Assembly (NCBI GenBank): GCA_000182565.2
Contig: KQ257473.1
Length of the DNA stretch: 64,000 bases
Strand: one strand, 5' to 3'
Origin: Spizellomyces punctatus DAOM BR117
Taxonomy: Eukaryota
Part shown: positions 13,584-26,474 of the stretch, piece after piece
Numbering within the stretch: the first letter of the stretch is position 1
Layout of the letters: each line of letters opens with the position of its first letter
The notes under the pieces: model-generated
What the model was told of the DNA's origin: nothing
What the model saw: the letters and a program-made list of their open reading frames with translations, nothing else
Database searches by the model: none
Made by a program: the position numbers and the translations under genes

Positions 13584-14773
13584 ATGCAACGCATCGACAC
13601 AGCCGTAACCCACGGCATCTGGGACGGCCAGCTTCCGGTCCGGATATCCATTGACCCCACCGACGCTAAAACCCTTGCTTCAGGTGCAATCCTCCATAGC
13701 CACTACGTAAGTTAATCGGGCAATGGCTGCGCGCCAGCCTTGAACTGTTGGTATACAGTGCAAGGAATGACACTACAATGATCACCAAGTGACCTTACCC
13801 AGACGATTCTCTGAAGACTTTTATGCACCGTTGTAGTTACCTCCCCCTCGTAACCGAATCAGTGAGGGAGGTGTTTGTGAAGTCTGGTGTGGCGTTTACG
13901 GGACATGACGCTGATATTTGGTATGAGTATCGAGGGGTGCCGTTGAAATGGTAAGCGATACTGGCAAGGCACATTCATCTGCTATCATAGGTTGAACTTT
14001 TCTACAGGCATTACCCCATTGGTCTCCTTCATGACCTTCTCACGTCCCAATACCGCGGCTCCTCACCACTTCCTTGGCACATTATCATCCACTTTACAAA
14101 CTTTCCTACTGACAAACTTATACGCATAAATGCCGCCAATATAATAGACACCCCGCACGACTCGTTCATGTCCATGATCAAAGAGGTAAGCAGCATGTTT
14201 GTTTCCCGCTTTGTGGTTATGCGTATAACAACAAGAAATCCCACATCTACCTGCAGGCCGACTATATCCGCAACGGCTCAATCAAGAAGCTCATGTCACT
14301 GTCAAAACAAGATCAAACCAACCTCTGGCAAGGCTTATCATCCCATGACTATGATAAATTCTGGAACGTGAATGCGAGATTGGTAACCAACGATAATACT
14401 ATACCTAAATACATCCCGTTGCGAGTGTACCTCCTGGATCAACCGGTGATTCAGGAACCCGTCGCTCCTGTTGATGACAATTTGGGTATGTTTTGGCAGG
14501 TATATAACTCCATTAACCTACCGATACTCATGAGGCATTATAGACTGCGAATACACACTACGGGATATCCTTGGCCGAATGTTGCCAGAAATCTTCCCTC
14601 CCAGCTTAGACGCGCCCACTACGGAGGGAGCAGACAATACTCGGAAGAGTGACGCATCAGAAGCGGTCGCCATTCTCCATGGAATAGTAATTCCCATCGA
14701 AACACCGATTTTGTGGCTCAGCCAAAACTGCTCATATCCGGATAACTTTTTACATATTGTTATCTGTCGGTAA
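13584..14773 (+). CDS. ATG5: Autophagy protein Atg5
   Basis: Spliced frame runs MQRIDTAVTHGIWDGQLPV, SYLPLV, WYEYRGVPLKW|HYPIGLLHD, LPWHIIIHF, FMSMIKE|ADYIRNGS, LWQGL and ILHGIVIPIETPILWLSQNCSYPDNFLHIV. Confidence 0.96.
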
Positions 14774-14892
14774 TCCCATGAGTCCTATTATTTATATACC
14801 CATTTTATAAGAAGAACGTAGCGAATATTGCGAATTGCTGAATGTTGTTGAATATATCTCGTTTTTTCAATCGTCTTCAATAGCACGTAATG

Positions 14893-16637
14893 TCATTGAT
14901 TGGCAAGGACAATTGGAAGTCCTGTGCTTGGCTTCTCTCCCCGGAGAAAATCAAGCAGAATCTCGGTGAAGACATCCGGTTTGTCTTCAGGCGAGTAGTG
15001 TCCTAAACCGGTTGTCAAGATCACGCCGATACTCATATCGGACACTTGAAATATCCAAAGCAACACGTACCAGCCGATCTGATGACCACAACCTTTCGAC
15101 CTATCCACGAGAAGGCTTCATCAGGGAATAACTCCTTGCTCAGGAAGACCTTCCTCACGTCCTTGAACAAGTCATCGTGCTCTCCATACACAACCCCCAC
15201 AGGATTCTTGAACCCGTTTGCAAAGGCCCTGAACCGGTCTAACGAAGCTCCCACATGCGCCGCCTTTTCAATCTGGGATGATACACCAGGCAGTACGCGG
15301 GGTGCGTAAGCTTTGACGACGGGTGATCTCGCGTACGGCAATGGACACAATTTCGGGAAGACTCGTACGCCAGCTTCATATTTATAGGAAGGAAACGGCG
15401 CGGTGTATCCTTCGACTGCCGCGCTTTTAACATGTGGGGCCATGAAGCGTATAACGCCAGATACAGTCATGAAGTGCTAAAGTAGGCACAATTAGTAAAC
15501 GTGAAGAATAACAGGCGTGATGACTACTTTTAAACAAACCCCAAAAGTAGTAGTGTATACGAGCCAAGTGAATATCAGCGCCATGGCACTCAACGATGCA
15601 TCGCTGATCTTCTCGGGAGGTAGAAAGGTATCAGTTATCAAAAGGCGAGAAGCGGTATTCGACGGAAGATCCGGAAGGGATAAAAGAACGATCGGGCCCG
15701 ACCTGCGTACACATGCATGGAGTCAAACCTGAAACTACCACATCAGCAAACACAAGAGTATATTTACCAATCTTGAAGAACCAACGTTAGGTTCTTTAGT
15801 TTAAGGTTGTAAACGAATATTTTGAAGGTATCTCTGTGCAGATCCAGATCGTAGTCTGATTCGTCTACTAGTTTGTCTGATCGGCCCATTCCTATAAATG
15901 AAATATGTAAATCTATTACACCTGCACATGTTACGAAAAAGCTCAACATTTACCAATCCAGTCTAATGCCAGGACTCGATGTCCTCTTTCAGCCAGTACG
16001 GGGATGACCTGCAAAAGAGCATAAGAGTCAGAAATCTCACGGCCATGCCAAGTTTTCCAGAGATGCTCCTTACGTTACGATACATATAACTCCATGTAGG
16101 ATTTCCATGCATAAGCACAATCGTCTCGCCAGACCAATTCTGGTCTCCCTCCCGAGGGCCTTCGTCCACATAGTGTACACGAAGGCCCTTAACCTCGAAA
16201 TAGCGTGGCGTAAATTTCCAATCTGCCAGCCGCTCGAATCTGTATTCGGGAGTGCGAATGATATGATCGGAGGGAAATTTGAAAGACTCGGTGGAGCGGT
16301 GCTTTTGCTGGAGGGCTTTCTGAGCATTCTTTTCCATCTATTCAGAACCATTCAGAACCAATCCAATTTGGCCTTGAGAAATATGCCAACGACAATGTAC
16401 CTTTTTCCTCTCACTTGCGCCTGTGATCCTCAAGTACACATTCTTGATAAACGTCCCTACATTCGTCCAAAAATACCAGACAGCCCATGCCACCGCCATA
16501 GGAACGACAAAAAACACTCTGACAATCAAAAATGAATCCAGCCGATTAGCGATCCAGAAAATGGGCGGTAGGACGATATCCTTCAATCGGGCCCATAGTG
16601 ACGGAGATTCCTGCACAAGTTTTGAATTGACAGCCAT
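14893..16637 (-). CDS. Haloalkane dehalogenase-like alpha/beta hydrolase with hydrophobic N-terminal extension
   Basis: [44 protein letters not shown], nucleophile elbow LVLQDW|SGP, YTAPFPS...AGVRVFP, GEHDDLF and GHYSPED. Confidence 0.88.
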
Positions 16638-17292
16638 TGTCGCTGTTGCGTGTTGGAGGTCGTTGGAAAACTGGCTTTGTCAAAAAGCAAGAAAGGCATT
16701 TTATAGCTGATTTGCTTGCGTCATGATGTGGCTTTGATGCCTTGTTCGAACGCGCTCTTCCGGACATGACGAAATCAACATAACAAACATGGGCTCGACC
16801 CGCAGAGTTCTTGCGATGCTCAACTCTTTCCAAATGATAAGTTTTAATCGATGCTGAATTTACGGTGATTCACATATGGCGTCGATAATCATGTTACCGA
16901 TTATCATAGACAGGAGCACTGTTCGTTCCGACAGAGGCTCAGGACACCTTTTCACGTGTATTCTACAGGAGGGTGTGACCTGCTCTGCACTTTGATCCTG
17001 GATGGGATACGGTTTCTGCTGAGTGCAAAACATGAAAACCTGTATCTTGACATGCCCATGTCCAAACTTTCATCATAGCGGTATTGACACGCGCTTCCGC
17101 CCAGCACAGTGTCGCGTGACTAAGCTTGCGACTGCGACCTTTTAGCATCTCAAAGATGGAGCAACTTCGTAGCTGCGCATATGAGTAAAAAAAATAATAT
17201 CTTATATTACAGGATGCCCTCGCATCAAAAACAAAAAATAAATAAATACTATCAGCCATCAAATCGTGCTTTTACCAACTCCTTTGAATCTA

Positions 17293-18598
17293 CTATCTAT
17301 CAGCCACACAATTCTCCTTTTCCTTCCGTTTACTCTTCTTTTTCTTTTCAGTATCCTTTACGGTCTTTCCTTTCTTTGATTTTGTCTTGTCGGGAGAGAT
17401 GGGAGGAGTTAGCGACTCTGTCTTGGATTTCTTGTCCTTCTTGGATTTCTTGGTAGTCAAAGATTTGTCGGCATCCGACGTAGATTTTGCGGACGATTTA
17501 GACTTTTTGGTGACGGGTGCTTGATCTGAATCGTTTTCTGCATGTTTTCGCTTATTGCCCTTTGATGTGTTGGCATCCTTTAAATCCTTGTCCTTCTTTT
17601 CCCTCTTATCTTTCTTTGATTTCTTCACCTTCACCTTCTGGTCCGACGATGTACTGTCAGTACTCTCGTCCTTTCCTTTGCTTTTCTTTTTCTTTTTGGA
17701 AGGTTCCTCGACTGTTGCTGCAACCTCCGTTGTCCCTCCGGACGTTGCTACATTTTGACTCAGAGCCATGGTGACAGATGTCTCGCCAGTTGATTTAACA
17801 AAGGTCCGCAGCCCAATGCCAGGCGTTGTCGACGTCTCGGTCCCCATTCCAGCGCCCAAGCCCAATCCTCCGAAAGAAGGTCTATCATCTTCCTCAGCAT
17901 CCTTGTCCTTGTTATTGACCTCCCCTGCAGCCAAACCCATTGCTGCCATCCGTTGTGCAAAATAATCGTGGACGTTAATAGCAGCAACTTTAAGGCGCGG
18001 GGTTTCCTGCTGTTTCAGAGCGTCACCGTCATCCGATGACTCGGTGCTCGGTGTACCCGAATCTGATGGCACATCCTGATCGGCTTTTACACCGAGAATC
18101 ATGTTGAGGTCTTTCGAGTCGTAATTGCTCACAAGTTTGTTACGAAGGAATTTCTTGCGGTGGTATAGCCGTCCGTGCGCTGGTTTTGCGTGCGACGTCG
18201 TCTCTAAAACTTCCGGCTTCTCTTTCTCTACGGCTGCAGGCTCGGGTGTACCATCGTCTCCACTACCATTCAATCCTTTCAACAATGCATCAAAGGCGCT
18301 ATTGTTATCCAACCAATTATCAATCGTCCGTCGGTCCGCACCGACACCCAAATTGTCTTCCTTTAAGCGCACTTTGACGTGCTCTGTTAGACCATCCTCG
18401 TTTGCTCCCAGTCCTTTGCCCTCAGACCAGCCCATTTTCTGCAGCATCTTAAACCCGAATTTTGACTGGTCTGCGGAAAAGTAAATGAGTGCTCATGCGG
18501 AAAGCTAGTAAGAAACAATGTCACTGACCATTCTTCCAGGTTTTGTTCTGGGGATCCAGGCCTATCCGCTGCTTATTCTTTTGACCCGCAAGACCCAT
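17293..18598 (-). CDS. PXR1: G-patch protein Pxr1/PinX1 (ribosome biogenesis, Prp43 cofactor)
   Basis: MGLAGQKNKQRIGLDPQNKTW..|..SKFGFKMLQKMGWSEGKGLGANEDG...DNLGVG; HRKKF motif; Lys-rich C-terminal tail. Confidence 0.9.
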
Positions 18599-18977
18599 TG
18601 TAAAGCCCTTCCTTTACTCGGAGGTGGAATAACCAAGACAAAAATAAATGCAGAAGTCCTTTGACACTTCTTCGCGTGATCACGTGGAAACAAAAAATAT
18701 TGTGACACAAAGCTTACCAAAGACAAATTCAAAAGTCCTCGTCATGGCAAGCAGCGTTCAAGAAGGACATGCGCGCAAATGGCAGCTCACAAATTCCTTA
18801 CCACCAGCAGTCGTACATCATGGCGAATTGCTCTTCCATGCTCATTGTATGTTCAGAAAAGGCTCAAATGTGATGCACGACGCAGTCTCTCGCAAACAAA
18901 TGCAACAGCTAATATCACGTGCCAGAAGAATGATGAAAGGTTTGGGTACTCGCCTAGGATAAGGAACATGATCCGGC

Positions 18978-20506
18978 ATGGACAGTTTGAAAGAGCAGCT
19001 TGCAGAGATCCACGGTCTGCTTCGAATAGATCCCGACAATGACGACCTCAAGAATCTTGCTGTAGATCTCGAAAACCTCATTGCGCTCCAAGACCAAACA
19101 CTAGCTAACCCAGACAACGCAACCAGTAGTCATGATCCAGGCGCAGAACTAGGGTCTACTGGGTCGGCAGCAGTCGAGGACAATGTGAGCTGAAATATCT
19201 CGTACTTTGCCAACGCAAGTCTAAGCAGATCCTGATGGCTCGAGATTGGTTATTCAAGACAATAGACTTGACGCAGGATCCGAACGAATTCAACCTCAAA
19301 GAGGGCGGAAAGTGTTGCGTTCCCTTCAGCGTGGCATCGGCCACCTATTTCCTACCTGCTATGGTTTTACGACTCGATCGTGAGTCGGACGAAGCAACCG
19401 TTCTGATACTAACGCCGTTGACAAGGGAATCGCGCCCATGTGACTGGTTTCTGGACGGGCGCTGCAATGCGGACAAATGCGGGCGATCCCACGGGATAAT
19501 TATGTCGCTAGAGCATTTGCTGCCCACAGAAGTCTTGAATCAAGGCTCCATCAAGGAAGGCGCCAAAGTTTTGGCACGATATCGGGATGGAATATACTAC
19601 AGAGCAAGCGTGGTCGCAATGGAGGGTCCTGATGGCCCGTTTTGGGTGAACTATGAAGGTTATGGGGACGAAAAGACCAAGCTCAATGCAGATGAGCTGG
19701 TCCCAGTTTCCGGATTGGGTGTTGAAGACCATCTCGAAAATTCAGGCGAGAATGGATCGGAGGAGGAGTCCGAGTCTGATGAGTGGACGTCAGACAGTCA
19801 AGAACATGATGATGATAACGAAGACGGACCATCGGATGAGACGAGAGTTACATTCCACTACGGTGATGGAGAGGCTATGGGAACATGGGAGGCTCATACG
19901 AAAGGCATTGGCGGCAAACTGCTTGCAAAAATGGGTTATAGAATCGGCAAAGGTTTGGGCAAAGAAGGGGAAGGTCGACTGAGGCCCGTCGAAGCTGAAG
20001 TTCTTCCCGCTGGGAAAGGTCTTGGTGTTGTGGTTGAGAGATCACAGCGGAAGCGGAAAAGGCCACGGGAACCGGGTGATGCAAAGGGACGACACAAGCG
20101 GAAACACAAGGGAGGTCGTGATGCCAAATCAGGTCAAGAGTCAGAACAACATACTCCTCCAGCGGACGTGTTTGACTTTCTCAACACGTCGCTTAACGAA
20201 AAATCCACCAAATCGTCAGCATACATTTCAAAGCCTGAACCCCATACCAAGGCAAAACAGCCCGATAAGCAAAAGCTCCATGTGGACTTGATCAACGTCC
20301 AGACAAAAGCTTCCCAGCTCGTAGCCGCCCTCTCTCGAGCTAAAGAAGCATTGGCTCGCAATAAAGGCGATCCGAAGATTGCTGCGTCGTATCGGGCAAA
20401 AATACACGACTTGGAGGGCACATTACGAAGTGTGCAACAAAGCGAGGCAGCGATTCAAAGACGGTTAAATACAGAAAAACAGAAAAAGAATATGATAAAC
20501 TTTTAA
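18978..20506 (+). CDS. ZGPAT: ZGPAT-like CCCH zinc finger, Tudor and G-patch protein (2 exons)
   Basis: N-terminal helix pair, CCCH finger [20 protein letters not shown], Tudor-like [17 protein letters not shown]-patch [37 protein letters not shown], and C-terminal coiled coil ending KKNMINF. Confidence 0.9.
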
Positions 20507-20701
20507 ATCCAGGATGTGAATACGCAACTTCCAGCATGTGCTGGTAAAATATTGTCCTCTGGTGCTGGGCAATAACCAATCCCATGTCTAAATCTCAACA
20601 TCCGATCGCTAACGTAAGCCAGCTGTGCCACACGAAAATTGCTATGCTGCCAGCGTTTGAGATCATTGCAAACCAGAGATCATTGCAAGTGAAGAGCAGC
20701 A

Positions 20702-22921
20702 ATGGGTGCTTCAGATGTACTAATAGCCTGTGTTGGAAAGCCTTCTGCAGGCAAAAGTTCATTCCTGAATGCAGGTACCCTGTCATCCTGAATTTGCCGT
20801 GACTGTAAATGGTGCTAACATGTGGACGCATGTGGACGCTTGCCAGCAACGGATGCCACAGCCAAAGTGGGCAACTTCCCTTTCACCACAATTAAGCCCA
20901 ATACTGCAGTGGCATATGTTCCATTTGACTGTCCGTGCAAGAAATTTGGAAAGGAGAAATTGTGCCAGCCGCGTTATGGTGGGTATCAGTACGTCGGGGG
21001 AATGTTGCAAAAACAGTGCACCAGTTACGCTGCTGTAGACATTGTCAAAGTTAGCCCAGTGAAAATATCTTGACCTAATGAGCTGGAATCCTCTTTTAGG
21101 ACGGTGCATTGATGGTAAACGCTATGTTCCTGTGAAGATCTTGGATGTTGCAGGGTTAGTACCCGGTGCTTCGGAGGGAAAGGTATGGCCATTGCGCGGG
21201 ATTGAGACACTGCCGTCTTAGTTATCAGAATAATTGATTACGTCTGCAAAAGGGTCTCGGCAATCAGTTTCTTGACGATCTGCGAACTGCGGATGCCTTG
21301 ATTCATGTTGTAGATGTCTCGGGTACGACAGATCAAGACGGAAAAGAAACCGTCGGATACGATCCTATCAATGACATCGATTGGTTGAGGTCTGAGATTT
21401 ACAGGTTTGTAAGTACCCGTTCAGATACAGCAGCTGCCGAATTTGCTCAAAGATGATAAACTTTGCTAATATGTATCGCTGGTTACAAGTTGGATATTCA
21501 ATAACTTGAAGAAGCGATGGGGGAATATTGTTCGACGACATGTCGCACTAAGTATGCTGCGTATGCTGTTTAGCTCAGAAAAGATGGGTATCTCATCAGG
21601 CATCTACCCCAGAGGCGCCGATCGGAGAAACGCTCCAAACACAGTTCAGCGGATACGGATCTAATCTGTCAATGGCAAATAGAGCACTAGATCGATCTGG
21701 AATCAAAGAGGCATTAGAAAATTGGGACGATGAGACATTGGGCCGACTTGTCGATGCTTTCTTGGACGAGCGTTTCCCGACTGTAGTGGTATGAGATTGG
21801 TCGAGGAATACGATTATCACGCAGCCCCCAATCGATCATATAAACACTTCATTAGGCACTGAACAAAATTGATCTACCCGACTCAGATAAGAACATTGAC
21901 CGCATATGCAGAAAATACGGAGAGGTCAGGATTAATGAAGAGTTGAGTCATTTGCGCATCATAATTGAAAACTGAAAATAAACAACTTTTGCCAAAATGT
22001 AGCAACGAATTGTTTTAACGAGCGCGCTAGCGGAGACATTTCTGCGCAAACTTCACAAGCAGAAGTATATTCATTATTACGAAGGCACCGACCGGTTCGA
22101 TTTAGCCGAAGATCAGGTACTCTACTAAACGACTGTATTTCGACGGATATGAGGCTGAACACTTCTCGCTTGGGGTAGGAATCTCCCTCAGAAGCAGAGC
22201 GACTGAAACCTCTTGATGAGAAAACTAGAAGGTGCATATAGAACAACTTGTTGTCTTCAATGAGATTAGTACGCTAATGAGAAATTTGACACGTGTAGTC
22301 GATTAGAAAAAGTTCAAGGTACAGGAGCGAAAAGCATGCTTCATGAGTGACTGCGCGGTATAAAGTTCACACTGTGGGGCAGATCTCGTCTTGTTCAGAT
22401 ACGGGACCACTGGGGTTCAAGATGTCCTGACACGGGCCATCGAGTTGCTAGGCTTGATACCAATGTATCCAGTGCGGAACATCAACAATTTTACAAGTGG
22501 CAGGTAGGCAGACCAAAGGATGAAAGCGCTTGGTTGGTATCATTGTAATTCTTCTCGTTTTCTGCTCGCAGTGGGGGCCGAACAGGAGGTGTGTTCCGAG
22601 ATTGCCTGCTAGTGCAGCCTGGTACGACAATACGAGAATTTGCCAAGATGGTGCATCCAGAGATAGACAAGTACTATCAATATGCCGAGACTGTTGGGAG
22701 TCGGCGGGTGAGTTTTCCTTTTTCTGAGGTGTCTAACCGAAGTATATCTGACATTTTTCCTGTCCCAGTTAGGTGAAGACGATCTTGTATCGCCTGAAAT
22801 CAACGTCATATCATTCAAAACTTCACAGGAAATCAAACCTCCGCAACCGAGCTCAACTGGTGCTGGGTCCGGTGGTGGACCTAAAACAGGTACCAAGAAG
22901 GATAAAGATAACAAAGAATAG
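20702..22921 (+). CDS. Obg-family GTPase, YGR210C/archaeal YchF-like subfamily, multi-exon
   Basis: G1 [11 protein letters not shown]2 [11 protein letters not shown], Cys cluster CPC...C.P..G.CIDG, G3 [25 protein letters not shown]4 NKID and C-terminal [12 protein letters not shown]. Confidence 0.92.
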
Positions 22922-23075
22922 ACACATAAGCAACAGGGAACCATATCGTTTTGCACTAGGGCGTTTTTTTTAATTGAGTAGGGGTAACTGAGAACACTAT
23001 GTACAAGGAACGCAGGGACAAGGGAATCTAAGGTAGGGACGACGAGGGCATGCAAAATGGGCCGAGCATTCGGCA

Positions 23076-23633
23076 TTAGCTTGAAACGACAGGAACCTTG
23101 GGTGGCAGCTTGTAGACGTTTTCTTATGAGACAAAACCATTTGTCAGAACAGTGGAAAAGCGGGTTTCGCAAACTCATTTTCACCTTACCTTGGTTGCGT
23201 AGGGTGTATATGAAGAACGTAATGGTGTCTTTCTCATTGATCTCTTGTTGCAGAAAATGCTTTGTAACGGATGAGACAAGCTCATCTCGACTCTCCTTGG
23301 AGCTTTTTGCCCTTAGTTTGAATGTACGTTTGTAACGACGAAGCACTCGGTCATCCATTGTTGAGAAGTCGACCTGAAGGAATGGAGGAGGGTCAATGAG
23401 CGGCCTGCCAAAGAACCAGCGCAAGCCATACAGCATCCAATGTGCAATGCTGAGCATGTCTACATAACGCTAGTCTAAGAGGAAAGAGTTTGAAGTACCT
23501 GCGACACATGGTCCTCGGCCTTCTTTGCTGACGAGGGTTTTGTGGGTTTCTTCTTCAAACTGTCGGGTTTTGGCGCAGAGGACATTAGGGAGTGGTGAGA
23601 GCCGTTTCCAATCGTTTTTACTTTTGTGCTCAT
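23076..23633 (-). CDS. SAP30: SAP30-like Sin3-binding protein (3 exons)
   Basis: VDFSTMDDRVLRRYKRTFKL...DELVSSVTKHF...INEKDTITFFIY matches the SAP30 Sin3-binding domain. Confidence 0.85.
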
Positions 23634-23877
23634 CGGAAGGGTTGCAAAAATGGGAAACGAAACCAGCAAGGAAAATCGTCAAATGTCTGTAACGGTGAAG
23701 AAAACGTCCCTCAGCTTGGATCTGGCGCGAGCGAACGAAAGTTGGCACTTGCTGACGCATAAGCCAGCCATGACTCATGAATTGGATAAAATTTAATGAT
23801 GACATAATCCACATGTAAGCACACAAGAAAAACAAATTAAAGGAATCTTCAACGAAATGATTGTTTAAACGATTAGG

Positions 23878-26332
23878 ATGGCATCGACAATAGCAGCATC
23901 CTATGTGGAGGGTCAGTTTTCTGATGCAGAGGAGGATAAAGTTCAAGTGAAAGCGACGGCAAAAAATGACGATCAGCAGCCACCATCCGAGATCGCTAAT
24001 GGATCTGTCAGGAACATTCAGCTAAATGACGACGAGGAGTATATGGATGACCTTTTGGAAGACGACGAGGACGAGGACTTTGACGATGAGGAATTTGATC
24101 TCAACTATGATGATCAATGGTTCAGTGCTGGTGGAGGTAGGATCCTGGGGGCGAGCGATACTAGTACTTCTCTCACCGCCCTCACTAACCGGCGCCCGTC
24201 ACTCGTTTGACACGTGCAGACTTTACAAAGCAGTATAATCGTATGAGGGTCCAGATTGACGCCGCAGGATCGGTATCGGCCGATTCATCTGTCAAGGCGG
24301 GGGCCGGAGAGTCAGGGCCTCGACCAACGGGAATGAAGGGCCAGGTGGTGGCTGCTTCCCGGGCTGCTGCAAAAGCAGCGCGAGTGTCAAAGGAGGCCTC
24401 TACTGTTGAAGATGCTTTTAGCGCGAAATTTGCTGGAAGAATTCGGTTGGGTAGGCATTGGGTGCGTTGGATTTTATGTCTGTCCTATGGAATCTTTTTG
24501 GCTGACAGATTCTTTCCTGCCCTGCTCTCTTAGAATCTGCGGACAATAGCATGCGGATAGGTAGCAAAAAGGCAGAAGGCGACACACACCATCACAAAGA
24601 CAAGTCCGATCGGGCTACCGTAGAGCAAGTCCTCGATCCCCGTACACGGATTATCCTATTCAAAATGCTAAATCGCAATATCATATACGAGATAAACGGA
24701 TGTGTTAGTACCGGGAAAGAAGCCAACGTCTATCATGCTACGACCGAGAGCGAAGAGCATCGAGCCATCAAAGTGTACAAAACATCGATTTTGACTTTCA
24801 AGGATCGTGATCGATATGTCTCTGGCGAGTATCGCTTTCGGCATGGATACAGTAAAAGCAATCCGAGGAAGATGGTGAAGGTTTGGGCGGAAAAAGAGAT
24901 GCGGAATTTGAAGCGATTGCATGCCGCGGGCATTCCCTGCCCCGAACCATTACTGTTGCGAATGCATGTGCTTCTGATGACATTTATTGGTGATAAAAAT
25001 GGATGGTGAGGGTTGACTGTTGGTCAAGAGCGTTTGGGACCTGAAAATGCTGAGTGTTTCGTGTCAGGGCTGCACCACGTTTGAAAGATGCAGTGATAAC
25101 GGATCCGGATGTTTATCGGTCGGTGTATCTGCAACTGGTCAAAATGATGTGGATCATGTACCACAAGTGTAAATTGGTGCATGGTGATCTTTCCGAGTAC
25201 AATTTGCTGTAAGTTTTCGGACATCTATGTCTTTGTTCCACTGGCTAACGGTGCGCCTGCAAAAAATAGATATCAAAAAAAGATTCTTTACGTTATTGAC
25301 GTGTCGCAGTCTGTAGAGCATGACCACCCTCACGCATTGGAGTTCCTGCGAAAGGATTGTACAAATGTGGTTGAATACTTTCGACGACGACTTCCCGAAC
25401 AAATTATGACTGTCAGAGAATTGTTTGATTTTGTTGTGACTGACATCGACGGGATACGGCGAGTTTTGAAGGACGAACAGGAGCAAAATATCGAATCAGC
25501 TGGAAGCGAAGGGGCAGGCAGTGATGAAAACGGTGCACTGGATCCTGACTATCCAGTGATTGAACAATACTTGGCAAAGGTACTGATCAATTGAGCCCAC
25601 GGCTGTGCCACGCTTCCATATATGCTCACCGGTATTGTACTAAAGGTCCATGCGCGGGTGGCGGAACGTCCTGCAACCTATCTTGATGATGCCACCATCC
25701 AAGTGGACGAGGAAGTTTTCAAACAACTCTATATACCTCGAACATTAGATGATGTACCGGATGTTGAGCGGGACGTGGAGAAGTTACGAGCTGGACAGGG
25801 TGCGGATGTAAGTTGTGTGCTCAATCATTGAGGAAAGGTGGGACCAAATGCTCAAGACTGTCCCCTGCAGCTCTTGTATCGGCAAGTAATCGGGTTGACA
25901 TTGCCAACACCAGCAAGTGGTGTTTCGACACCAACCGACACCGAGCAGGGCCCAAATCCGGAGGGTCGGAGCGAAGGGGACAATGGTGATGGCAGGGAGG
26001 AGCACTTGACCGATAATGAGGAAAACAGCACAGACGAAGAGGACGCCGAAGGCAGCGAGCAGGACGAGGGGGATGGTAGCGATGGCGATGGTAGCGATTT
26101 CGGGACACGAAAGGTGATGAAGAAGGATGAGGATAAAGAGTCCAAAAAGGTGGGTAACGTTTGAGATCTCACAGGATGGATTCACTTGAATCGATTGGTA
26201 ACCTGATGAACCGTACAGGAGCGCAAAAAGGCAACAAAAGAGGCGCAGCGGGAGAAGCGCAAGATGAAAATACCGAAAGCTGTCAAAAAAAGGAAGGAGA
26301 AAGTAGCAGCGACTCGGAAAGGTAAAAAATGA
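23878..26332 (+). CDS. RIO1: Rio1 atypical serine/threonine kinase (40S maturation)
   Basis: [69 protein letters not shown]; acidic tract and Lys-rich tail. Confidence 0.97.
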
Positions 26333-26474
26333 GGGTGATAGGATGTTCATGCATAGAGTCCCTAGGTAGCTTCTCTTGTACATTTTCTGAGATTTGGTAG
26401 ATAGCGTTACCCATTCTTCATTCTATTTCACATCGCACGTAGATTTATATACACTGGCCTGAACTCAACAGATA

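Noticed and set aside
16341..16360. Tandem TTCAGAACCA x2
   Set aside because: A simple slippage duplication inside an intron.
22609..23457. 282-aa minus-strand ORF as a single protein
   Set aside because: It is a SAP30 exon read through introns and UTR, continuing antisense into the GTPase 3' end.
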